From the sequence record SRR16203515_740: 41,564 bases of DNA. The stretch is one strand, 5' to 3'. The position numbers and the translations under genes are program-made. Shown here piece by piece: positions 8,699 to 18,610 of the stretch. Every line of letters starts with the position of its first letter. Within the stretch, counting starts at the first letter, position 1. The notes under the pieces are model-generated. The model worked only from the letters and a program-made list of their open reading frames with translations, was not told where the DNA came from and did not search any database.

Positions 8699-10102
8699 AT
8701 GACGCGACGTGTACTGACATCTACCCTATTTGCGGCGGCATTGATGGCCGCACCATTGGCGGCGCAAACTTCGGATATTGTAATTAAACAATACGATGAT
8801 GGCGGCATATATGAGGGCACGTTTCGCAATGGCCTGCAGCATGGAACAGGCACCTACACATTGCCCAACGGCTATCAATATTCGGGCGACTGGGTAGACG
8901 GTGAAATTCGGGGCAACGGTGTTGCGTATTTCCCAAATGGGTCTAGCTATGAAGGCAGTTTTGTCAAAGGCAAGCCTGAGGGGATTGGGAAAATAACCTT
9001 TGCCGATGGCGGCACCTATGAAGGCAGCTGGCTGGATGGAAAAATTTCGGGCCAGGGTGTTGCGGAATACCCAAATGGCGCACGATACGAAGGCGGATTT
9101 CGCGATGCAATGCATCACGGGCGCGGTGTTATGACCAATCCAGATGGCTACATCTATGATGGCGATTGGATCAATGGCGTGAAAGAGGGCGCTGCACGCA
9201 TCACCTATCCCGATGGTACCATCTATGATGGCAGCGTCGTGCGCGGCGCGCGCGAGGGTCGCGGGCGGCTTGAGATGCCCGAGGGCTTGATTTTCGAAGG
9301 TCTTTGGAAAGCGGGCGAAATCAATGGATTGGGTAAATTAATCCAACCAAACGGTGATGTTTACGAGGGCAACTTGGTAGATGGTCGCCGCCAAGGTCAG
9401 GGTAAAGTGACCTATGCCAATGGTGACATTTACGAGGGCAATTTCGAAGATGATCAGCGTGTTGGCCAAGGCACCTTCATTGGCAATGACGGATATCAAT
9501 ACACAGGCAGCTGGGAAAATGGACAAATTCAGGGGCAGGGTCAGGTGACCTATCCCGATGGTTCCATCTATAAAGGTGATTTTGTCAGCGGTTTGGCCGA
9601 TGGCACTGGCAAAATCATCTACCCCGATGGGTCCAGCTATGAAGGTGGTTGGAGCGCGGGCGTGATTGAGGGCGAAGGCACCGCAATTTATGCCAATGGC
9701 GTGACCTACAAGGGCAGTTTCCAAAACGCGCGCAATCATGGATTTGGCGTGATGACCTATGCCGATGGTTATACCTATGAAGGGGAATGGCAGGACGGAA
9801 CACGCTCTGGCAAGGGCAAGGCAACTTTTGCCGATGGCATGGTGTACGAAGGTGATTACCTAAATGGTCAGCGCCATGGCACGGGAACGATCACATTGAC
9901 CGACGGGTTCACCTATACGGGTGATTGGGCGAACGGCGAAATCACAGGGCAGGGTGTGGCCACCTACGCCAATGGTGACGTTTATGAAGGGACGTTCCAG
10001 CGCGGCAAACGGCAGGGTCAGGGCACAATACGCTTTGCAAGCGGCAATACGGCAAGCGGCGAATGGAACAACGGCGCCTTGGTCAGCAATTCGGATCAGT
10101 GA
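8699..10102 (+). CDS. Exported MORN-repeat protein
   Basis: Signal peptide MTRRVLTSTLFAAALMAAPLAA followed by 18 complete 23-aa YxGxWxxGxxxGxGxxxYxxG repeats and one partial repeat. Confidence 0.93.
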   Translation: MTRRVLTSTLFAAALMAAPLAAQTSDIVIKQYDDGGIYEGTFRNGLQHGTGTYTLPNGYQYSGDWVDGEIRGNGVAYFPNGSSYEGSFVKGKPEGIGKITFADGGTYEGSWLDGKISGQGVAEYPNGARYEGGFRDAMHHGRGVMTNPDGYIYDGDWINGVKEGAARITYPDGTIYDGSVVRGAREGRGRLEMPEGLIFEGLWKAGEINGLGKLIQPNGDVYEGNLVDGRRQGQGKVTYANGDIYEGNFEDDQRVGQGTFIGNDGYQYTGSWENGQIQGQGQVTYPDGSIYKGDFVSGLADGTGKIIYPDGSSYEGGWSAGVIEGEGTAIYANGVTYKGSFQNARNHGFGVMTYADGYTYEGEWQDGTRSGKGKATFADGMVYEGDYLNGQRHGTGTITLTDGFTYTGDWANGEITGQGVATYANGDVYEGTFQRGKRQGQGTIRFASGNTASGEWNNGALVSNSDQ

Positions 10103-11625
10103 TCCGCCCGCGGCACTTCGGCCTCTAGATAGGCGTCAGCCTCGGCCAAAACGGTGGCACGATGGTCAGGGTCCATGCGATCCCATGTGCGATACATTTG
10201 GGCCATGCGTGGATTATTTGCAAAACGATCCCGGTGCCGCATCAAAAAATGCCAATAAAGCAGGTTAAAAGGACAGGCATCGGCCCCCTTTTTCGACGTC
10301 ACTTTATACGCGCAAGATTTGCAGTAATCCGACATGCGATTGATGTATGCGCCGCTGCTGACATAGGGTTTTGATCCCACAACGCCACCATCTGCAAACT
10401 GGCTCATCCCGATGGTGTTTGGGGCCTCAACCCATTCAAATGCATCGGCGTAAACACCCAGATACCATTCATGCACCTGATGTGGATCAACGCCCGCCAG
10501 TAATGCGTAATTCCCTGTGACCATCAAACGTTGGATGTGATGCGCATAGGCCGTTTCGCGAGTTTGTTCGACGGCCTTTGTCATGCACAACATTTTGCTG
10601 TCACCGCCCCAATAGACATCGGGCAGGGGACGATCATGTCCTAAAGAATTGGAGTTCACATAGTCGCGCCCTTTTAGGAAATAAATCCCGCGCATAAATT
10701 CGCGCCACCCAAGGATTTGTCGGATGAACCCCTCAACCGCGTTAATAGGGGCTTGACCGTCTTTGAACGCTTGTTCGGCGGCGTCACAGACCTCTTTCGG
10801 GGAAAGAAGTCCGATGTTGATGTAAGGGGACAGGACAGAATGATAGAGGTATCGGTTATCGCGCAACATGGCATCCTGATAATCCCCAAATCGCGGCAAG
10901 GCATGCGCGATGAAATGGTCAAGCGCACGCAGCGCGTCGGCACGTGTTACGGCGTATTCAAAATGCTGCAGCGTCCCAAAGTGATTGTCAAAACGTGCCT
11001 GCACCACCGCGATGACATCACGGGTGATTTGATCCGGTGTGAATGGGATTGGACCGGGGTGCGTGACATCCTTGGGCGCGGCTTTGCGGTTGTCATGGTC
11101 ATAATTCCATTGGCCACCTGTGGGCTTCCCATCTTCCATCAAATAGCCGGTGGATTTGCGCATCTCGCGATAGAAATATTCCATTCGCAACGCTTTGCGC
11201 CCCTCCGCCCATGTTTCAAAAACACCGTGTGACGCGAAAAAGCGATCATCGGGAAGCAGCGTGACATCCAATGGCAGTGCGGTCATATCGTCGATGACAC
11301 GCCATTCTGATGGCTCGGTCATGATGATTTTTGTACACTCATGCTGCGCAGCTATTTTTATAATTTCCGCGCTAAGTGTTTTATGATTTTCTGGATCGTC
11401 CAGCGTAGTGTAGTGAACCGTCCATCTATTTTCTCGCAACTCTTGTGCGAAATGGCGCATCGCACTTAGGATCAGTGTGATTTTTTGTGGATGATGGCGC
11501 ACATACGTTGCCTCTCCTACAACTTCTGACATAAAAACAATATCTTGCGATGGGTCAGCTGCGTGCAGTGCAGGGTTGTTAGGCGACAATTGATCGCCCA
11601 AAATAACGATGATCTGTCTTACCAT
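10096..11625 (-). CDS. cryB: Fe-S bacterial cryptochrome/(6-4) photolyase (CryB/PhrB family)
   Basis: ILGDQL, HHPQKI, GGQWNYDHDNR, YAHHIQRLMV, and Fe-S cysteines in MLCM...YCKSC...ACPF. Confidence 0.93.
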   Translation of the reverse strand: MVRQIIVILGDQLSPNNPALHAADPSQDIVFMSEVVGEATYVRHHPQKITLILSAMRHFAQELRENRWTVHYTTLDDPENHKTLSAEIIKIAAQHECTKIIMTEPSEWRVIDDMTALPLDVTLLPDDRFFASHGVFETWAEGRKALRMEYFYREMRKSTGYLMEDGKPTGGQWNYDHDNRKAAPKDVTHPGPIPFTPDQITRDVIAVVQARFDNHFGTLQHFEYAVTRADALRALDHFIAHALPRFGDYQDAMLRDNRYLYHSVLSPYINIGLLSPKEVCDAAEQAFKDGQAPINAVEGFIRQILGWREFMRGIYFLKGRDYVNSNSLGHDRPLPDVYWGGDSKMLCMTKAVEQTRETAYAHHIQRLMVTGNYALLAGVDPHQVHEWYLGVYADAFEWVEAPNTIGMSQFADGGVVGSKPYVSSGAYINRMSDYCKSCAYKVTSKKGADACPFNLLYWHFLMRHRDRFANNPRMAQMYRTWDRMDPDHRATVLAEADAYLEAEVPRADH

Positions 11626-12284
11626 TCTATTGATTTTCCTGCCCAATCCAAAAATTGACCGCTTTCTTGTGGTGTCATGGCTTCGATCACCTGCGCCATA
11701 TGCTGCGCAGCATTTTCAGGCGTTTGGGTGGGGTGACTGGCGGTGTAGTTTGCGCTGAACTTGGTCGCGACAGTACCGGGGTGAAGTGCGATTAAGGCAA
11801 GCTCGGGATGCGTGCGCCCCAACTCAATCGCGCTGGTGTGGATGATTTGGTTTACTGCCGCCTTGGCAGCGCGATAACTGATCCATCCGCCGATGTTATT
11901 GTCCCCGATGGATCCAACACGCGCCGATAAAACCGCAACCACCGCGGGCGCACGCCGCGGACACAATCGTTTGATGTGTTTCAAGATCAATGCAGGGCCA
12001 ATTGCATTCACCGTGAATTGATCGGCCATGCCCTGTGCAGTGACGGCCTGTATCGTTTTTTCGGGTGCATAGCCGTCGACTTCCAATGCGCCACTTGCTA
12101 CGATCACGCGATCAAAGGGGCCATCAAGTTGTGCCAATGCGGTATCGATAGACGCAGGGTTCATGTAATCCAAACCATGGGTCGTGCGCGAAACACCTGT
12201 AATCTGCGCGCCCTGCGCACGGTAGTGATCTGCCAATGCGCGACCGATCCCGCCTGTATGTCCAATTATCAAAACATTCTTCAT
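11619..12284 (-). CDS. Short-chain dehydrogenase/reductase (CsgA/C-factor-like)
   Basis: IIGHTGGIG, SARVGSIGDN, YRAAK, HPGTV. Stop overlaps the cryB start. Confidence 0.92.
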   Translation of the reverse strand: MKNVLIIGHTGGIGRALADHYRAQGAQITGVSRTTHGLDYMNPASIDTALAQLDGPFDRVIVASGALEVDGYAPEKTIQAVTAQGMADQFTVNAIGPALILKHIKRLCPRRAPAVVAVLSARVGSIGDNNIGGWISYRAAKAAVNQIIHTSAIELGRTHPELALIALHPGTVATKFSANYTASHPTQTPENAAQHMAQVIEAMTPQESGQFLDWAGKSIEW

Positions 12285-12292
12285 GCAAATCG

Positions 12293-12320
12293 AACTAGAG
12301 GAGCATGCGCGACAATCAAG
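12293..12320 (-). promoter_or_regulatory. RpoHII-type promoter of the SDR-cryB operon
   Basis: CTTG-N18-CTAGTT ending 8 nt before the SDR ATG; no SD. Confidence 0.6.
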
Positions 12321-12399
12321 CGGTTGTTGTGCTGCCTGCTTGCTCATTTAGGATATCTGCGTTAGAGCGAAATGCGAAAAGTTAGCTTGGAAAATGACC

Positions 12400-13890
12400 A
12401 TGGCCAAAGTGAAAAATCAACCGCGCCCAAAGGCGGAAACGCCCAAAGGTTTTTGTGATTATTTAGGAACAGAAGTAAGCGAACGATCTGAGATGCTTTC
12501 TCAGATCGCGGGTGTCTATCATCGTTATGGCTTTGACGCGCTGGAAAGCTCGGCTGTGGAAACGGTTGAGGCGCTGGGGAAATTTTTGCCAGATGTGGAT
12601 CGTCCAAACGAAGGTGTCTTTGCTTGGCAAGAGGAAGAGGGCGATTGGCTTGCCCTGCGCTATGATCTGACGGCGCCATTGGCGCGTGTTTATGCCCAGC
12701 ACCGCAATGATTTGCCAAACCCCTATCGCCGCTATGCGATGGGTCCTGTCTGGCGCAATGAAAAACCGGGACCGGGGCGTTATCGCCAGTTTTACCAATG
12801 TGATGCAGATATTGTGGGCGCTCCCTCTGTCGCGGCAGACAGCGAAATTTGCGCGATGTTGGCCGATACACTGGAAACGGTTGGTATTCCGCGCGGAGAT
12901 TACAGTGTGCGTGTGAACAACCGCAAAGTTTTGAATGGTGTTTTGGAAACCATGGGGCTTGCGGATGATACACAACGCGACGCGGTTTTGCGCACGATTG
13001 ATAAATTCGACAAAGTGGGCGAGGCAGGCGTGCGCGAACTGTTGGGCAAGGGGCGCTTTGATGCCTCTGGTGCTTATATTGACGGCGTTGGCCTAACCGA
13101 TGATCAGGCCGCGCCAGTTGTCGCCTTTCTAACATCACGCGGCGATACGGCGGCGGCGACCTTGGCAAACCTACGCGATGCCATCGGCGGATCAGATGTG
13201 GGCGCCGAAGGTGTCAATGAACTGGAAACCATGGCCGAATTGTTTGACGCAGGGGGCTATGGAGCTGATCAAATTTTGATTGATCCCTCTGTTGTGCGCG
13301 GACTTGGGTATTACACAGGCCCTGTGTTTGAGGCAGAGCTGACCTTTGAAATTTTTGATGAAAAGGGACGCAAGCGTCAGTTTGGGTCCGTTTCTGGCGG
13401 TGGGCGGTATGACGATTTGGTCAAACGCTTCACAGGTCAGGCCGTGCCTGCAACAGGGGTTTCCATTGGTGTGGATCGCCTGTTGGCCGCATTGCGTGAA
13501 AAGGGCCGGATCGGGTCAAATCCACTTGGCCCCGTTGTCGTCACTGTGATGGACCGTGATCGCATGGCCGATTATCAGGCCATGGTGACAGAGTTGCGCA
13601 ATAATGGCATCCGAAGCGAGGTTTATTTGGGCAACCCCAAGAATTTTGGCAATCAGCTGAAATATGCGGATAAACGCAATTCCCCAATCGCGATTATCGA
13701 AGGTGGGGATGAAAAGGATCAAGGCATCGTTCAGATCAAGGATTTGATCCTAGGCGCACAAATTGCCCAAAACGCCACCTTAGAAGAGTGGAAAGAGCGC
13801 CCAAGTCAATTTACCGTTCCCCGTGATCAGATGTTGGCCAAGGTGCGTGAAATTCTTGCGACGCATAACGGTGAAACCCAAGGGGCATGA
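12400..13890 (+). CDS. hisS: Histidine--tRNA ligase
   Basis: [45 protein letters not shown] and a C-terminal anticodon domain (QLKYADK). Confidence 0.97.
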   Translation: MAKVKNQPRPKAETPKGFCDYLGTEVSERSEMLSQIAGVYHRYGFDALESSAVETVEALGKFLPDVDRPNEGVFAWQEEEGDWLALRYDLTAPLARVYAQHRNDLPNPYRRYAMGPVWRNEKPGPGRYRQFYQCDADIVGAPSVAADSEICAMLADTLETVGIPRGDYSVRVNNRKVLNGVLETMGLADDTQRDAVLRTIDKFDKVGEAGVRELLGKGRFDASGAYIDGVGLTDDQAAPVVAFLTSRGDTAAATLANLRDAIGGSDVGAEGVNELETMAELFDAGGYGADQILIDPSVVRGLGYYTGPVFEAELTFEIFDEKGRKRQFGSVSGGGRYDDLVKRFTGQAVPATGVSIGVDRLLAALREKGRIGSNPLGPVVVTVMDRDRMADYQAMVTELRNNGIRSEVYLGNPKNFGNQLKYADKRNSPIAIIEGGDEKDQGIVQIKDLILGAQIAQNATLEEWKERPSQFTVPRDQMLAKVREILATHNGETQGA

Positions 13891-14975
13891 CGATGAACCC
13901 CAAGGTGATAAAAACGGCAGCAGGTATCGAAACCCTGTTTCAACAGGCGGGTGCCGCCACGGTTCAGGCCGCGATTTTGCAGCCCGCCGATACCCTATTG
14001 GGTTTATATGGCGAGGATATTCGCGCCCGCGCCTATGTCACGTCTGATCCACTGCGCGGTGAACAAATGCTGCGCCCTGATTTCACGGTACCTGTTGTAC
14101 AGATGCATATGGAACAGGGGGCGGAACCCGCGCGCTATACCTACAACGGTGTTGTGTTTCGCCGCCAAGAGGATGATGCAACCCGCGCCAATGAATACCT
14201 GCAGGTCGGCTACGAAGTGTTTGATCGCAGCAATCCGGCCGAAACCGATGCCGAGGTGTTTGCCCTGATCCAAAACGCCTTGGGTGATGCGCCTGTGCGT
14301 GCAACCGTTGGGGATATTGGTATTCTCATGGCGGCGGTTGATGGGTTGAACACATCTGAACGCCGCAAATCTGCCCTGCGCCGTCATATTTGGCGGCCCA
14401 CACGGTTTCGCGCATTGTTGGATCGATTTGCAGGACGCGTAGAAACGCCAGTGGCGCGTCAGGCGTTGATCGCATCGGATGATCCCATGGCCCAAGCTGG
14501 GCCGCAAATCGGATTGCGCAGCGCGGCGGAAGTGGCAAAGCGTATTGATGTTCTGAAATCTGACGCCGCTTTGGCCCCCATTTCCGCGTCTGAGGTGGAT
14601 TTGATCGAGGCCATTTTGCAGGTGCGCGAAACCTGTCCAAACGCCTTGGCGCAGCTGCGCGATATTGCCGTTGATCTGCCGTCAATCACGGCTGCGGTGA
14701 CGCGGTTGGACGAACGGTTTGAGGCCTTGGATGCCCGAGGTGTTGAAACATCCACCCTGATGTTTGAAACCAGCTATGGCCGCACGTCGATGGAATATTA
14801 CGATGGGTTTGTGTTTGGGTTTCACGCAACCGATCATGCGGGTCTTAGCCCCATCGCTACTGGCGGGCGATATGATGCTCTGACCCAACGGTTGGGTAAG
14901 GGTGATGCCATTCCTGCGGTGGGCGGCGTTATTCGCCCCGATCTTTTGATCCAAATCGCAGGAGGCGCGTCATGA
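13887..14975 (+). CDS. hisZ: ATP phosphoribosyltransferase regulatory subunit
   Basis: [22 protein letters not shown]. Lies between hisS and hisG with ATGA overlaps. Confidence 0.93.
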   Translation: MTMNPKVIKTAAGIETLFQQAGAATVQAAILQPADTLLGLYGEDIRARAYVTSDPLRGEQMLRPDFTVPVVQMHMEQGAEPARYTYNGVVFRRQEDDATRANEYLQVGYEVFDRSNPAETDAEVFALIQNALGDAPVRATVGDIGILMAAVDGLNTSERRKSALRRHIWRPTRFRALLDRFAGRVETPVARQALIASDDPMAQAGPQIGLRSAAEVAKRIDVLKSDAALAPISASEVDLIEAILQVRETCPNALAQLRDIAVDLPSITAAVTRLDERFEALDARGVETSTLMFETSYGRTSMEYYDGFVFGFHATDHAGLSPIATGGRYDALTQRLGKGDAIPAVGGVIRPDLLIQIAGGAS

Positions 14976-15664
14976 CCATTAAACTGGGTGTGCCCTCCAA
15001 GGGGCGCTTGATGGAAAAGACCTTTGATTGGTTTGGCGCGCGCGGCGTGACGTTGGCGCGTACCGGATCAGATCGCGAATATGCCGGCGCCGTGGATGGT
15101 GTGACGGGCGTGGAATTGGTTCTGCTGTCCGCAGGTGAAATTCCCCGCGAATTGGCAGCAGGCCGCATTCATCTGGGCGTTACGGGGATTGACCTGATCC
15201 GAGAAAAATTGGCCTCATGGGATCAGCGGGTCGAGGTGATGGCGGAACTGGGTTTCGGTTTTGCCGATCTGATCTTGGCCGTACCAAACTGCTGGGTTGA
15301 TGTGGATACATTGGACGATTTGGATGCCGCCGCCGCCGCATTTCGTGCGCGTCACGGGTTCCGTTTGAGGATTGCCACGAAATATCACCGCTTGGTGCGG
15401 GAGTTCCTGAAACAAGCGGGTGTTGCGGACTATCAGATCGTCGATAGCCAAGGCGCCACCGAAGGCACCGTGAAAAACGAAACGGCCGAGGCGATTGCCG
15501 ATATCACATCTTCGGGCGAAACCCTGCGGGCCAATCACCTAAAAATTCTAAGTGATGGTTTGATCCTAAAATCCCAAGCCTGCCTTCTGCGTGCACGCGA
15601 TGCGGATTTGTCAGCAGACGAACGTCGTGATCTGGCGGATTTGTTCGCGAAGCTGAGGGGCTAA
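14972..15664 (+). CDS. hisG: ATP phosphoribosyltransferase (short form)
   Basis: GVPSKGRL, GVTGIDL, RIATKY, GATEG, DITSSGETLRANHL. Confidence 0.96.
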   Translation: MTIKLGVPSKGRLMEKTFDWFGARGVTLARTGSDREYAGAVDGVTGVELVLLSAGEIPRELAAGRIHLGVTGIDLIREKLASWDQRVEVMAELGFGFADLILAVPNCWVDVDTLDDLDAAAAAFRARHGFRLRIATKYHRLVREFLKQAGVADYQIVDSQGATEGTVKNETAEAIADITSSGETLRANHLKILSDGLILKSQACLLRARDADLSADERRDLADLFAKLRG

Positions 15665-15722
15665 TTCGACCGTTTATAATGACTGACGGCAAGTCCGCCA
15701 TTATTACTTGGTTAATTTTCGC

Positions 15723-15755
15723 ACCGACGTGATACCGACGTTATACCGACGCGTT
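15723..15755. repeat. Three tandem 11-bp direct repeats
   Basis: ACCGACGTGAT / ACCGACGTTAT / ACCGACGCGTT between convergent hisG and DUF1489. Confidence 0.8.
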
Positions 15756-16185
15756 ACAGCACGCCGATTTCGGCCAATTTTCCCGCCAATTCGGGGGGCA
15801 GTGGGTCTTCTGATGCGCGGGACTTACTGAGGTCCAGCGGGGCATCCTCGGCCTTTAGATAGCGCCATCCTTGGAAAGGGCGGCGGGGCACTTGGGTGGT
15901 TAGGATCAGTTCAGGATCAAGTACGATGGCGCAACGGCGAATGCCGTCACCGCCGATGACTTCATCAAGGCGTACAATGCGTTGGCGACATTGGATGAAT
16001 CGCTTGATCACCCAATAGATTGACCCGCCATCCAGGAGTTGTTTTTCCTGTTTGGGCCACATCCGTGTGATATGGCGTGGCAACCCATCCGGCCCCTGTG
16101 CGGGGGCGCTTGCCTGCCATGCGCGTAGGCCTTCGATTCCCTCGCTCCCGACGCTGAGCTTCACAAGATGTAGTTGTTTTGTCAT
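15754..16185 (-). CDS. DUF1489 family protein
   Basis: LHLVKLSVG, HITRMWPK, GGSIYWVIK, RPFQGWRYL. Confidence 0.88.
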   Translation of the reverse strand: MTKQLHLVKLSVGSEGIEGLRAWQASAPAQGPDGLPRHITRMWPKQEKQLLDGGSIYWVIKRFIQCRQRIVRLDEVIGGDGIRRCAIVLDPELILTTQVPRRPFQGWRYLKAEDAPLDLSKSRASEDPLPPELAGKLAEIGVL

Positions 16186-16191
16186 ATCTAA

Positions 16192-16207
16192 TCCCAATTT
16201 GTAGTGT
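16192..16207. promoter_or_regulatory. Putative NrdR box in the DUF1489/nrdJ divergent region
   Basis: TCCCAATTTGTAGTGT matches 12/16 of consensus acaCwAtATaTwGtgt, upstream of a ribonucleotide reductase. Confidence 0.6.
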
Positions 16208-16312
16208 AGAATAGTGATAATTCTGGGTTTGGCAAGTTGACCTTGGATGGTGTAAGCTCTATTTTATCTAATCCGATCAAGTAAAAAATCACGCCAGCTG
16301 GAGTACCAGAGT

Positions 16313-18580
16313 ATGACACGTTTCGCAGCCCCAATCGCCGAACAAATCTGGGATATGAAGTATCGTTTTAAAGAGGCAGATGGAACGCCTCTTGATGGCA
16401 CTGTTGAAGATACGTGGCGTCGAATTGCCCGCGCCTTGGCTGTGGTTGAAAAGGACGCGGATCACTGGGAAAACGAATTTTATGGGGCACTTGAGGATTT
16501 CAAATTCTTGCCTGCAGGTCGCATTACAGCGGGCGCTGGCACTGCGCGCAAGGTGACATTGTTCAACTGCTTTGTCATGGGCACGATCCCCGACAGCATG
16601 GGCGGCATTTTTGATATGCTAAAAGAGGCCGCATTAACTATGCAGCAAGGCGGCGGAATTGGCTATGATTTCAGTACGATACGCCCAAAAGGTGCCTTGG
16701 TCACGGGGGTTGCGGCGGATGCATCTGGGCCGCTTTCCTTCATGGATGTTTGGGACAGTATGTGCCGCACAATCATGTCCGCGGGATCACGCCGTGGTGC
16801 AATGATGGCGACCATGCGGTGTGATCATCCCGATATTGAGGATTTTATAACCGCGAAATCGGATGCCGCGCGTCTGCGGATGTTTAATGTGTCGGTTTTG
16901 GTCACAGACCCTTTTATGGAAGCGGTCAAGGCCAACGGATCCTGGGATTTGGTGTTTGATGGTAAGGTGTATCAAACGGTTAAGGCGCGGGGTTTGTGGA
17001 GTAAAATCATGCGTTCCACCTATGATTATGCGGAACCGGGTGTGATTTTCATTGATCGCATCAACAAGGCAAATAACCTTCGATATTGTGAAACAATCGC
17101 GGCCACAAACCCCTGTGGAGAGCAGCCATTGCCACCCTACGGTGCCTGTTTGTTGGGATCGATCAACCTGGCCCGGTTGGTCAAGGATCCGTTCGAGGCG
17201 GACGCGGATTTGGACATTGATGGGTTGAGCAAACTGGTCGCCACAGCCGTGCGTATGATGGATAATGTGGTGGATGCATCGGAATTTCCGCTGCCACAAC
17301 AAGCACAAGAAGCGCAAGCCAAACGCCGCATTGGTTTGGGTGTAACAGGTTTGGCGGATGCGCTTTTGATGACGGGTTTGCGGTATGGGTCGGACGAGGC
17401 GGCGCGTCAAACCGACCGCTGGTTGCACGCCATCGCGCGCGCCGCATATCTGGCGTCGGTTGAGCTTGCCAAGGAGAAGGGTGCCTTTCCACTGTTCGAC
17501 GCAGATCCGTTTTTGGCCTCTGACGCTATGATGCAAATGGATGAAGACGTGCGCGATCAAATCCGCACGCACGGCATTCGCAATGCTCTGCTTACCTCAA
17601 TCGCGCCAACAGGCACCATCAGTCTTTATGCAGGCAATGTCAGTTCGGGGATCGAACCAGTTTTTGCCTATGCTTATACCCGCAAAGTGCTGCAAAAGGA
17701 CGGAACCCGTACCGAAGAAGAGGTCGTTGACTACGCCGTTCAAATGTGGCGCGATAAATATGGTGACGCAGACCTGCCTGATTATTTCGTAAACGCACAA
17801 ACGCTTGCGCCTTTGGATCACGTGAAAATGCAGGCCGCCGCGCAAAAATGGGTCGACAGTTCGATTTCAAAAACCATCAATTGCCCCGAAGATATCAGTT
17901 TTGATGATTTTCAAGACGTTTACATGCAGGCCTATGAAACGGGATGCAAGGGGTGTACCACCTATCATCCCAACGATGTGACGGGATCAGTCCTAAGCGT
18001 TTCGGAAAGCAGTGAAGCGGCGCCAGAGGCGGATCAGGGTGCAGATGTGATTTACATGGCTGAACCACTGGATCGTCCCCAAGCGTTAGAGGGCAATACA
18101 TATAAACTCAAATGGCCAGACAGCGAACATGCGATTTATGTCACGGTGAATGACGTCATTATCAACGATCATCGTCGTCCGTTTGAGGTATTCATCAATT
18201 CCAAAAATATGGAACATTTCGCCTGGACCGTCGCGCTGACGCGCATGATTTCCGCCGTGTTCCGCCGCGGTGGTGATGTCAGTTTCGTGGTTGAGGAATT
18301 GAAGGCGGTGTTTGACCCACGCGGGGGCGCATGGGTGCAAGGGAAATATATCCCATCAATCCTGGCAGCAATCGGGAGCGTGTTGGAACAGCATATGATA
18401 GCCATCGGTTTTTTAGAAGGCGAAGGGATGGGGTTAAAAGAAGACCCCAAAGCCGGTCAGCAGGTTGTGAACCTAAATGAAAACCGTGGAAAAGCCTGCC
18501 CAAGTTGCGGTCAGTTTGATATGCAAATGGTCGAAGGCTGCATGACCTGTCGCAGTTGCGGTCATTCAAAATGTGGATGA
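16313..18580 (+). CDS. nrdJ: Adenosylcobalamin-dependent (class II) ribonucleotide reductase
   Basis: TLFNCFV, GGGIG, RRGAMM, TNPCGEQPL, IAPTGTIS and a fused C-terminal domain with CPSC...CRSC...SKC. No ATP-cone. GGAG SD. Confidence 0.96.
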   Translation: MTRFAAPIAEQIWDMKYRFKEADGTPLDGTVEDTWRRIARALAVVEKDADHWENEFYGALEDFKFLPAGRITAGAGTARKVTLFNCFVMGTIPDSMGGIFDMLKEAALTMQQGGGIGYDFSTIRPKGALVTGVAADASGPLSFMDVWDSMCRTIMSAGSRRGAMMATMRCDHPDIEDFITAKSDAARLRMFNVSVLVTDPFMEAVKANGSWDLVFDGKVYQTVKARGLWSKIMRSTYDYAEPGVIFIDRINKANNLRYCETIAATNPCGEQPLPPYGACLLGSINLARLVKDPFEADADLDIDGLSKLVATAVRMMDNVVDASEFPLPQQAQEAQAKRRIGLGVTGLADALLMTGLRYGSDEAARQTDRWLHAIARAAYLASVELAKEKGAFPLFDADPFLASDAMMQMDEDVRDQIRTHGIRNALLTSIAPTGTISLYAGNVSSGIEPVFAYAYTRKVLQKDGTRTEEEVVDYAVQMWRDKYGDADLPDYFVNAQTLAPLDHVKMQAAAQKWVDSSISKTINCPEDISFDDFQDVYMQAYETGCKGCTTYHPNDVTGSVLSVSESSEAAPEADQGADVIYMAEPLDRPQALEGNTYKLKWPDSEHAIYVTVNDVIINDHRRPFEVFINSKNMEHFAWTVALTRMISAVFRRGGDVSFVVEELKAVFDPRGGAWVQGKYIPSILAAIGSVLEQHMIAIGFLEGEGMGLKEDPKAGQQVVNLNENRGKACPSCGQFDMQMVEGCMTCRSCGHSKCG

Positions 18581-18610
18581 CCGCAAAACCATCGGGGAAG
18601 CGCGTTATCG

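Noticed and set aside
8770..10080. 69-bp periodic DNA resembling a CRISPR or tandem array
   Set aside because: The periodicity is degenerate and fully explained by in-frame MORN protein repeats. There are no identical repeats with unique spacers and no cas genes.
16200..16312. Cobalamin riboswitch ahead of nrdJ (also checked ahead of cobC)
   Set aside because: The regions are too short and AT-rich, with no B12-box or GGGAA/GCCACTG core.
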